Positions 1-7,176 of a stretch of DNA of 64,000 bases are shown here, one piece after another. Below the pieces are notes generated by a model that worked only from the letters and a program-made list of their open reading frames with translations, was not told the origin of the DNA and ran no database searches. A program made the position numbers and the translations under genes. The DNA comes from a virus. How positions within the stretch are numbered: position 1 is the stretch's first letter; every line of letters begins with the position of its first letter. Location of the stretch: IMG/VR virus record IMGVR_UViG_3300024264_000006, positions 64,001 through 128,000 of that record; one strand, 5' to 3'.

Positions 1-50
1 TGTTAGGAGATCATCAATGCGTAGTTTTTGAGGCATTGTTGATTGTGGTC

Positions 51-287
51 TCATGTGTTTATTGTGTTCCCTCTACCTGAGCCTTTTTTCATGCGGTCAA
101 GATGGTTTTCCCAGTCTTTACCAGCGACACGCATTGTGGATTTTGTTCCGGATATGGTTGCAGGCGCAGAGAGATGCACCTGTTTTAGATTTGGGTTATC
201 AGTTTTATACTGATCTAAATCGGAAATCCGGAGAGACACTTCTGTAATCTCTCCGGATTCCTTGTCTTTAAAATTGTAAAATGGCAT
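51..287 (-). CDS. FmdB-like small protein (degenerate zinc ribbon)
   Basis: MPFYNFKDKESGE start resembles the FmdB MPxYxY pattern but lacks the cysteines. Confidence 0.5.
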   Translation of the reverse strand: MPFYNFKDKESGEITEVSLRISDLDQYKTDNPNLKQVHLSAPATISGTKSTMRVAGKDWENHLDRMKKGSGRGNTINT

Positions 288-360
288 TTATATACTTCAC
301 TCTTAATCGCAAAATCTCACCTACGACAACCGTGTTGGTTGAAGAGATAGGATCACCCCC

Positions 361-513
361 TTAGTTCAAAGTTTGAATAGTCTGGTTAAGAAAGTCTCTC
401 TTCTCCATGAGTTTATGAGCTTTACTTTCCTTTCCGTTCTTCTTAAGTCTCGTAATGTAATAATTAATTTCACGAGAATCTTTTTTTAACCGTTCTATTT
501 GGGTTGCTGTCAT
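361..513 (-). CDS. Small hypothetical protein, 50 aa (not in ORF track)
   Basis: MTATQIERLKKDSREINYY...IQTLN*; AAGGAG Shine-Dalgarno upstream of ATG at 513. Confidence 0.75.
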   Translation of the reverse strand: MTATQIERLKKDSREINYYITRLKKNGKESKAHKLMEKRDFLNQTIQTLN

Positions 514-537
514 CCGCACTCCTTGTTAGTTAATGGA

Positions 538-960
538 TTATTTTTTGATTAAGTTTGGAAATGCCTCCTTTACTAGTTTTTTAGTTAAGCCTTTGATGGG
601 TGATTTTTTATTCACCATCGCCATTACCAAGAGTGCGTCATCAGCGTGAACACTCTCAAGTAAACCAATGAAAGAATTTTCTCGTTTGTATGGTGGCCAA
701 TCGTCCGCTGGGCCACCTTTGACAAAGTAGCCGAAATCTCTATGTTTTTTAAGAAGCGTGGAAGGGATTGACTCCGGACGATTCGGGGTGTAGGGTGGTT
801 TGCCTTCTGGGAGATTGAACTCCAGTGTATCATCAAACATTCCTCTAAGAATATCCCTTAGAGCAGGGATATTATTCTGTTTCAAAATCTCAATACGTTT
901 TGATCGAGACTTTTCTAATTCGAATTTATCGAAAATTTCATAAACTTGAATGGGTTGCAT
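538..960 (-). CDS. Conserved T4-like phage protein (DUF6433-like)
   Basis: LPEGKPPY...KRENSFIGLLESVH pattern typical of marine T4-like phages; GAGG SD. Confidence 0.65.
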   Translation of the reverse strand: MQPIQVYEIFDKFELEKSRSKRIEILKQNNIPALRDILRGMFDDTLEFNLPEGKPPYTPNRPESIPSTLLKKHRDFGYFVKGGPADDWPPYKRENSFIGLLESVHADDALLVMAMVNKKSPIKGLTKKLVKEAFPNLIKK

Positions 961-977
961 TTTCTAACCTCACTATA

Positions 978-1214
978 CTATATAGTCTTTTTGACCCTCT
1001 CACTTGAAACTAAGTAAGAGAATTCATCAATATCTGAGACAATTTCGTTATAATAACTGTCACAAACTTCCTTAGCATATGCTGCTTCAAACTCAGGCCT
1101 ACCCTGAGAAATGAAACTCTCATATACCTTTTCCTTACAGATATGTAGGGGTTCGTTAAAGTTCTCTTCAACGGCCGTCTGCACATCCAAAACCAAAGCA
1201 CCCATCTTGCTCAT
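978..1214 (-). CDS. Hypothetical protein
   Basis: ORF translationally coupled to the upstream gene; GAGG SD. Confidence 0.65.
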   Translation of the reverse strand: MSKMGALVLDVQTAVEENFNEPLHICKEKVYESFISQGRPEFEAAYAKEVCDSYYNEIVSDIDEFSYLVSSERVKKTI

Positions 1215-1576
1215 TACGCTACCTCGCTATATGCTGGTTCAACACCAGATTCAACAATTTGTTCAACTATATCTGAAGCGTTATAGTCAAACCCACCAAT
1301 GTTCCACTGACACTCTTCAACGGGAATGCACCCATATTTCCAAGCGTAGATAGAGACCTGTTCATAAGACCAGTCATCTGCATCCTCAGCAAAATCATCT
1401 AAAACTTTGACGTTCAGAACCCACTCGCAAGAAACTTTTGCATAAGGATCAGCATCAGAATAAGATGGTGGCCCAAACAGGGCGACTAAATCGTCATACT
1501 TTGCCGTAATGTGGCCCTTCAAAGATGACCCGCTCTTGCTGAACCAGTCATAAACGTCATACTCAATTATTTTCAT
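1214..1576 (-). CDS. Hypothetical early phage protein
   Basis: GAGAGAGG SD directly behind an early promoter; W...WNIGG pattern. Confidence 0.7.
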   Translation of the reverse strand: MKIIEYDVYDWFSKSGSSLKGHITAKYDDLVALFGPPSYSDADPYAKVSCEWVLNVKVLDDFAEDADDWSYEQVSIYAWKYGCIPVEECQWNIGGFDYNASDIVEQIVESGVEPAYSEVA

Positions 1577-1605
1577 AAAATACCTCTCTCATAATCAATA
1601 CAAGT

Positions 1606-1634
1606 ATTATACACTATTATACAACACTTGGCAA
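1606..1634 (-). promoter_or_regulatory. Sigma70-type early promoter (repeat family copy A)
   Basis: TTGCCA-N17-TATAAT on minus strand. Confidence 0.75.
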
Positions 1635-1645
1635 ATAAAAAAAAA

Positions 1646-1717
1646 TGGGTAGGGCGACAGGGTTAGCATGTCCCGAGCTTCCGGTTGAGTCCCCATCTTT
1701 CGACAGGGACATACCCA
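1646..1717 (-). ncRNA. Candidate structured RNA downstream of tRNA-Arg
   Basis: GC-rich island: TGGGTA...TACCCA closing stem, GTCCCTGTC-GAAA-GATGGGGAC hairpin, followed by a T9 run. Confidence 0.45.
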
Positions 1718-1722
1718 AAAAT

Positions 1723-1799
1723 TGGCCCGCTAGAAGAGATTCGAACTCCTGACCCTTGGTTTCGTAGACCAATGCTCTATCCATCTGAGCTACTAGCGG
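1723..1799 (-). tRNA. tRNA-Arg (ACG)
   Basis: Cloverleaf CCGCTAG/CTAGCGG acceptor, anticodon arm TTGGT-CTACGAA-ACCAA, GTTCGAATC T-loop, encoded CCA. Confidence 0.95.
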
Positions 1800-1807
1800 G
1801 TGCTTCA

Positions 1808-1960
1808 TTAGTTACTGAACTGTTCAGTCCAAGCGATAAAAACTTCCTTCGCTTCTTTCTTGTCCAGATCGAATGATTCCATCAAAACACGTGGAGCTGC
1901 GAACATGTTGATCTGTCCGGACTCACGTAGTTCATTCAAAAATTCAAAGTAGAATTCCAT
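1808..1960 (-). CDS. Small conserved phage protein, 50 aa (not in ORF track)
   Basis: MEFYFEFLNELRESGQINMFAAPRVL...; LRESGxxNMF motif common in phage early genes; coupled to upstream stop. Confidence 0.75.
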   Translation of the reverse strand: MEFYFEFLNELRESGQINMFAAPRVLMESFDLDKKEAKEVFIAWTEQFSN

Positions 1961-2205
1961 TACTTGGCTCCCATAACTTTGTTATTCTTGAAGTAGACAC
2001 CAACAGGCGCTGTCAACTTGCCGATAATGGCCCAGTCTTCTGCCTTAAGAGCAGCGACATAGTTACCACCAGCGTCAGCGAACTTCACTCCAAGTTCGTT
2101 ATAGTCGTTGAGGAATTCAACCGCCTCAATTGCAGTCGCAAATTCTTTTGTATCTTTTGCGTTAGATATTTTTGGTTTTGCTATAAACATATTCACCTCT
2201 CTCAT
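1960..2205 (-). CDS. Hypothetical protein (start probably ATG at 2190)
   Basis: ORF; GAGAGAGGTG SD precedes MFIAKP. Confidence 0.65.
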   Translation of the reverse strand: MREVNMFIAKPKISNAKDTKEFATAIEAVEFLNDYNELGVKFADAGGNYVAALKAEDWAIIGKLTAPVGVYFKNNKVMGAK

Positions 2206-2558
2206 TAAACCGCATACACATCGATGTCAACGTAGTGCTTCCTGTGGAAGTAGTCAGTCATCGCATCGTCGTTGTTGAAGTAGTTCTCACCTTTCAAGGC
2301 AGTCATCAACTTCTCAAGCATCTCAACCACAACAGGTTGATCAGCATAGTGTTCTTGGAACCAGTAAGGGTTAATGCTCTTACCCCACTTCGCTTCGAAT
2401 TCATCCTTCATAGTGAACATCCCAGCAACGTCCTTCAACTTAAGAACGATAGTGCTGTGGTTCCTGATACGCAAAGTACCTTTCTGTCCGTATTCTTTCA
2501 GGATTTTCTTGACAACCGGAGCGATTGCCTTTTTCTCTTCTTGATTTATGTAAGCCAT
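2205..2558 (-). CDS. Conserved early phage protein
   Basis: MAYINQE...DDAMTDYFH pattern; first gene after an early promoter. Confidence 0.75.
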   Translation of the reverse strand: MAYINQEEKKAIAPVVKKILKEYGQKGTLRIRNHSTIVLKLKDVAGMFTMKDEFEAKWGKSINPYWFQEHYADQPVVVEMLEKLMTALKGENYFNNDDAMTDYFHRKHYVDIDVYAV

Positions 2559-2574
2559 AATGTATTCTCTCTCA

Positions 2575-2690
2575 ATTTTTGGAAGGGACTATTCCCAACC
2601 AACATGTATATAATACCACAACTGGCGGCAATGGCAACACTTTTTTTGAAAAAAAGCGCACTTTTTTTAGAACTTTTTGTTCTTAAAATC
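2575..2690 (-). promoter_or_regulatory. Early promoter with leader stem-loop (copy B)
   Basis: TTGCCA-N16-TATTAT, upstream A/T tracts and TTAAGAACAAAAAGTTCTAA motif, leader hairpin GGGA-ATAG-TCCC. Confidence 0.65.
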
Positions 2691-2930
2691 ATCCTTCTTA
2701 GGTCTAAATTGTGGTGGTAATTCGTTGATCCACAGAGTGTCAAACTGATCACGGTTAGACCACATACCCCATAACATGAGTCCAACACCCACTAGTAACC
2801 AGATAATCGATCCTACGAGACTAGGCGGGTCGCCAGCGATACAATCTGCAGCTGCGTAACACTCATCCCAAAAGTCTTGATTACCTACCGTTCCCAGTAC
2901 AATAAAGAATCCAACAAAAATTCTGATCAT
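2667..2930 (-). CDS. Hypothetical membrane protein
   Basis: Two hydrophobic segments. Confidence 0.6.
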   Translation of the reverse strand: MIRIFVGFFIVLGTVGNQDFWDECYAAADCIAGDPPSLVGSIIWLLVGVGLMLWGMWSNRDQFDTLWINELPPQFRPKKDDFKNKKF

Positions 2931-3127
2931 TTCGGCACCTCGTCTATGTGATAGACCCTGAAGGTATCAAAGTCTTGGTATTGTGGTTGTTGGAGTAGTT
3001 CCTTACCAGCATCTACAAATTCGGAAGTTTTGTACTTCTTCTTGATAATCTTCTCATAGTACGGTGTAATCGATATCAGTGCGATGCACCACTCTTTCTT
3101 CTCTCTAGGCACAGTTCCACTCCACAA
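2927..3127 (-). CDS. Hypothetical protein (start may be the internal GTG)
   Basis: ORF overlapping the next gene by ATGA. Confidence 0.5.
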   Translation of the reverse strand: MWSGTVPREKKEWCIALISITPYYEKIIKKKYKTSEFVDAGKELLQQPQYQDFDTFRVYHIDEVPK

Positions 3128-3272
3128 TTACGTAGTTGTTGATTGCCCAACATTCTGCATACTCAACAGCTTCTTCTTCGCTAGCGAAACATTCCTCGTA
3201 GAAAATTTCTCCTTCGATCTCCAAATAATAGACTAAGTCTTTCACATCTTTACTCCATGACTCCTTTGTCAT
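3105..3272 (-). CDS. Small acidic hypothetical protein (not in ORF track)
   Basis: ...VKDLVYYLEIEGEIFYEECFASEEEAVEYAE...; GGAG SD before GTG at 3245; follows an early promoter. Confidence 0.6.
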   Translation of the reverse strand: MTKESWSKDVKDLVYYLEIEGEIFYEECFASEEEAVEYAECWAINNYVIVEWNCA

Positions 3273-3289
3273 AACCAATTTCAATAAAC

Positions 3290-3357
3290 ATTATAGTCGA
3301 TTCTTGTTGTAAAGGCAAGCGTTTTTTAAACTTTTTCTTATACTTTTTTGTTATAAG
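3290..3357 (-). promoter_or_regulatory. Early promoter (copy C)
   Basis: AAAAAACGC-TTGCCT-N17-TATAAT with upstream CTTATAACAAAAAAGTATAA. Confidence 0.75.
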
Positions 3358-4573
3358 CAACGTCCAAATACCCACGTAATTGATCCATATTCAGCTTAGT
3401 ATCTTGGTAGAAAGGGGTCAGATCAAGGTCTTCCGGTATGGTATCAGCCAACTCCGGATTCCCCTGTTTTATCACTCTCCCAACAAAATAGTATTTATCT
3501 CCACGTTGTTCTACAAGATCACCCATTTCACGAGTCCAGTCATCACAGGATACCTGAAGTCTCGTGCCGTTGAATCGGACATCATAATAGTCGTCCGGTA
3601 CAGAACCAAGACACCAATCAGAATCCTCATCTTCAGGTAGGTATCTTACCAGAAGAGGTATGGCTGTGTCAATAGACCCGTAGTGTTGAAGGAAGGATAT
3701 ATTGTAATTTAGACACATCGTGTTGTATTCAGGCCCCATAGTGAACCCAGACATATTCATGAGAACATTGTTTTCGAAATAAGGATCGGAAGACAATATC
3801 CAATTGAGAACATCCCTATTCGGAACGATCATGTGAGATATGTGTTTGGAATTCACGAACCGACAAAACTCTTTTGAAGATGTGGTATGCCACTCATTCC
3901 TATCTGCAAGTGTGAAGTTGTAGTGTTTCTTAGATACCATCAGTGACGGTATGAGATCGGTAATCATTGCACTAGCATGGTGCATGTTCTTGGTATGTAA
4001 TACAACAGAGTCCTGTTCAAATTTAAAGATGTCGATATTGCGTTTACTCATATCGTACACTTCTTTGTGTGAGAAAGTAATCTGCCTAGAGAACTTTGTG
4101 GTTCCGGAAGTACTTGATATCAAGAAATCGTCTTCCGGTTGGACTTCCCACGGTTGGATGTCTTTATTTACCATATCAGACACTTGAGGTGGTCTGATAT
4201 TTTCTCCACCATACTGGTTTATCATCTCCGAATGTAACCCATCATAAAGCTTACTACCACTACCATCATCAAGACAAAACCTCGCAGGCCCGAATCTGGC
4301 GAGTTTAGTGAAGGGTAATGACTCCTTTTTTGCGGGTGAGTCTAAAAGTATGACACGTAAACCTAACTCAGCGCAGGCGAACAATGCAGTCACGTGCCAG
4401 TGGTTTACGTTAAGGATAGAGATTGCAACAAGGTCTCCCTTCTTCGCATGTCTCTTTACTAGGTATTGTTTCCACCTATTGATAAGACTTTCAAGGTGAT
4501 CATAATTGAACGTATCATTATATTCAACTTCTCTGTTTATTAAGTTCCTATTAATCTTCATAGAGTTTCCCAT
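3338..4573 (-). CDS. ANL-superfamily (AMP-binding) adenylate-forming enzyme-like protein, C-terminally short
   Basis: KKGDLVAI, SSTSGTTK P-loop, HYGSID, GD...YYFVGR motifs. Confidence 0.7.
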   Translation of the reverse strand: MGNSMKINRNLINREVEYNDTFNYDHLESLINRWKQYLVKRHAKKGDLVAISILNVNHWHVTALFACAELGLRVILLDSPAKKESLPFTKLARFGPARFCLDDGSGSKLYDGLHSEMINQYGGENIRPPQVSDMVNKDIQPWEVQPEDDFLISSTSGTTKFSRQITFSHKEVYDMSKRNIDIFKFEQDSVVLHTKNMHHASAMITDLIPSLMVSKKHYNFTLADRNEWHTTSSKEFCRFVNSKHISHMIVPNRDVLNWILSSDPYFENNVLMNMSGFTMGPEYNTMCLNYNISFLQHYGSIDTAIPLLVRYLPEDEDSDWCLGSVPDDYYDVRFNGTRLQVSCDDWTREMGDLVEQRGDKYYFVGRVIKQGNPELADTIPEDLDLTPFYQDTKLNMDQLRGYLDVAYNKKV

Positions 4574-4639
4574 ATAATAACACTAGCACCCACACTCAAC
4601 AATCCAAGGTAACTAAAATAGATAAAATAAAAAATTAAC

Positions 4640-5251
4640 TCAACCACAATATATCTCCATTTCTTTACATTTCGAACACTTACCACACGCCTTAGAGTTC
4701 TTCGATGTGCATGTTCTTATATGGGGTCTGACCTCTTTAGGGATCATTAACCATTGTTCTTTCTTACTTAGATGTTCCAATGGAGCAGACATCTCACTCT
4801 CAAACCCAAAGAGTTTACCTTGTTGTTTGCAATAATTTTGTGCAACTTCCCATGTATCTGCATTACCATCCGAACTGTTTTTACCTATGTAGATATCTTT
4901 GCACCAAGGGTTGACAATCTGAGTCATGAAAGCCATACTAGTCCACAAGGGTAGGACAGGGTATCCACCACCAAACTTTCTGTGTTTCCAGAACTCGGCG
5001 GTCTTCTCCACATCGGGGATTGCTGATTTACATTCGATGAAACTTACTTCAACACCAAGTACATCAGACATACGTTCTACTGCATATGTCTCAAACGGAT
5101 TGGCTTGAATGTTGTTGTTATAGATTTCTAAGTGGATTATAAGAGGGTTTCTTTTTTCTAGTACAAGTTGATGTACTAGTGAGGTACTTTCTACACCTCC
5201 AGACCAAGCGACTATACAATCATGATTTGAGGTGTTTAACATGGCTTGCAT
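4640..5251 (-). CDS. QueC-like PP-loop ATPase
   Basis: AWSGGVESTSL PP-loop, PLEHLSKKE, C-terminal C-x7-CGKCSKC zinc site. Confidence 0.7.
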   Translation of the reverse strand: MQAMLNTSNHDCIVAWSGGVESTSLVHQLVLEKRNPLIIHLEIYNNNIQANPFETYAVERMSDVLGVEVSFIECKSAIPDVEKTAEFWKHRKFGGGYPVLPLWTSMAFMTQIVNPWCKDIYIGKNSSDGNADTWEVAQNYCKQQGKLFGFESEMSAPLEHLSKKEQWLMIPKEVRPHIRTCTSKNSKACGKCSKCKEMEIYCG

Positions 5252-5639
5252 GAATCTTACATCCTATAAATTCGTTGTAGTACTTATCACTGAGTAACAC
5301 ATCGTTTTCAAATTGCAGCTTGGCTTCGTAGTATGAACACTCACCCTTTGTTTTGCACAAACGGAGTATCTCACGATGGTACACATCCGTACCATTCTTT
5401 TCAACCAATAATTTTAGTTCCGCATTAGAACCGTAGTAATCCTGCCAATCAGACATTACTATCTTCTTTCTCTTACGAGTTTTACCCTTCAATGGTGGAA
5501 GGGTTCTTTTAGACCAAAAGAATTTCTTACCGATATATTTCTTTCCGGTAGCTCTATTGGTTATACAATATACGAATCCGTAGTTGTCTCCAACATCATC
5601 ATCGGTAAAGTTTTCTGACTGGTTGCGATAGTACCACAT
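5220..5639 (-). CDS. GIY-YIG (Seg-like) endonuclease
   Basis: GFVYCITN...KYIGKK, YYGS, conserved E and YN motifs. Confidence 0.8.
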   Translation of the reverse strand: MWYYRNQSENFTDDDVGDNYGFVYCITNRATGKKYIGKKFFWSKRTLPPLKGKTRKRKKIVMSDWQDYYGSNAELKLLVEKNGTDVYHREILRLCKTKGECSYYEAKLQFENDVLLSDKYYNEFIGCKIHASHVKHLKS

Positions 5640-5645
5640 AAGTTA

Positions 5646-5798
5646 CTATATAGTACCATCACTATCCCCCAGATATTCCACCTCAGCCTCTTCTCCACAC
5701 ATGGGACAGAAGAGGGGACTGTCATCGTCGTAGTTACAAACCACTCTGGTAATATTGTCACAAATCGCACATTCCAATTCGAATATATACGACTCCAT
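5646..5798 (-). CDS. Small zinc-ribbon protein, 50 aa (not in ORF track)
   Basis: MESYIFELECAICDN...FCPMCGEE; ATG overlaps the nrdB TGA. Confidence 0.75.
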   Translation of the reverse strand: MESYIFELECAICDNITRVVCNYDDDSPLFCPMCGEEAEVEYLGDSDGTI

Positions 5799-6796
5799 CA
5801 AGCGGCACAACCTTGCCCGTCCAATGCACAGGCCTCCGGTTCAGGTTCTTCCCAACCCCAATCACCTTCCATTCCATTAACGGAATACTCAGTGACTCTC
5901 TTCTCAAAGAAGTTATCGTGGGATGCACCGTTCAGTACCCAGTCCAACCACGGTAGTGGATTGTCCTTTTGTCGGAACTTTGTTTTCATACCAAGTTGTA
6001 GTAGTCTACGATCTGCAATGTGTCGGATGTATGCACGTACTTCTTTAATAGTCAAACCTTCTACTTTATTACCTTTGAATGCGAGTTCAATAAACTTGTC
6101 CTCTAGTGCAACCGCAGTCTTGGCCATTTCATAGATTTTAGACTTTAGTTCGTCATTGACGATACGTGGATGTTCCTCTGTAAATGTTCTGAATAGTTTT
6201 GCGTTACCTTGCACATGTAAAGTTTCGTCTCTAATAGACCACTCAACAATTGTACCCATACCTTTCATCTTACCGAAACGTTGGAAGTTCAACAACATCA
6301 CGAATGATGAGAACAGTGACATACCTTCATTGAATACAGACTGGGCCAATGCAAGTGCAAGACCTGTGTGTGTATTAGTATCGCCTTCTTTCATGAAGTC
6401 AACCTTGTCGGCCATCTCCTTAAACTCTAGGAATTTGTGATACTCTTCGTCGGGTAATCCTAACGTGTCATTAAGGAGAGCATACGCCCGTTGGTGTACT
6501 GCTTCTCTACCAGCGAACGAGGACAGCATGTTTCTGACTTCGTTATTCTTGAACTTCGGTATTAGAAGTTCGTGGTAGTTCTCACCGACCTGTACATCTG
6601 ACTGTGTGAACAATCGTAAGATGTGGGTAATAAACTCTTTCTCTTGACTGGATAGTTTGGTCTTCCAGTCCTGTACGTCTTCGGATAGTTCCGCTTCATC
6701 TTCAACCCAGTGAACCTCTTCATGTTTCTTCGATAACTCAACCGCCCACGGGTACTTGAACGGTTTGTATGTTGTGCTAAATTCTAATAACGACAT
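5798..6796 (-). CDS. nrdB: Ribonucleotide reductase class I beta subunit
   Basis: EAVHQRAY, NEG..LFSSF, RDETLH diiron motifs; NFFEKRVTEY tail. Confidence 0.95.
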   Translation of the reverse strand: MSLLEFSTTYKPFKYPWAVELSKKHEEVHWVEDEAELSEDVQDWKTKLSSQEKEFITHILRLFTQSDVQVGENYHELLIPKFKNNEVRNMLSSFAGREAVHQRAYALLNDTLGLPDEEYHKFLEFKEMADKVDFMKEGDTNTHTGLALALAQSVFNEGMSLFSSFVMLLNFQRFGKMKGMGTIVEWSIRDETLHVQGNAKLFRTFTEEHPRIVNDELKSKIYEMAKTAVALEDKFIELAFKGNKVEGLTIKEVRAYIRHIADRRLLQLGMKTKFRQKDNPLPWLDWVLNGASHDNFFEKRVTEYSVNGMEGDWGWEEPEPEACALDGQGCAA

Positions 6797-7173
6797 TAAT
6801 GTTTCCTTTTATAATCTTTTATTGCTTCTTTTATCGCATCTTCGGCAAGTACACTACAGTGGATTTTGACTGGTGGTAGTGCGAGTTCGTGTGCGATATC
6901 TGTGTTTTTAATACTCCCAGCTTCATCAAGAGTGCGACCTTTAACCCATTCGGTAAGCAATGAGGAAGAAGCGATAGCACTTCCGCATCCGTAGGTTTTA
7001 AATTTAGCATCCTCGATAATTCCATTTTCACTTACCTTTATTTGAAGTTGCATGACATCACCACAGGCAGGTGCTCCGACCATACCTGTACCAACATCTT
7101 CATCTTCTTTGTTAAGTTTACCAACATTCCTTGGGTTCTCGTAGTGATCAAGAACCTTTTCTGAATAGGCCAT
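6796..7173 (-). CDS. iscU: Fe-S cluster scaffold protein IscU
   Basis: YSEKVLDHYENPRNVG, GAPACGDVM, GCGSAIASSS, LPPVKIHCS. Confidence 0.97.
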   Translation of the reverse strand: MAYSEKVLDHYENPRNVGKLNKEDEDVGTGMVGAPACGDVMQLQIKVSENGIIEDAKFKTYGCGSAIASSSLLTEWVKGRTLDEAGSIKNTDIAHELALPPVKIHCSVLAEDAIKEAIKDYKRKH

Positions 7174-7176
7174 TTA

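Noticed and set aside
1646-1717. c-di-GMP-I riboswitch or an extra tRNA
   Set aside because: Has GAAA and GGGAC but lacks the GCAAAC/GCAAAGC core and any T-loop or anticodon arm; kept only as an unknown structured RNA
1617-1876. ORFs 1617..1808 and 1685..1876 (likewise 51118..51387)
   Set aside because: They are translations of tRNA/ncRNA sequence
4640-5251. Calling a complete 7-deazaguanine DNA modification system
   Set aside because: Only a divergent QueC-like gene is present in this window
5561-5800. Selenocysteine readthrough of the nrdB TGA (CAA-stop) into the in-frame 5561..5770 ORF
   Set aside because: The TGA overlaps the ATG of a convincing zinc-ribbon gene in another frame, no clear SECIS is visible, and the readthrough peptide looks like a shadow frame
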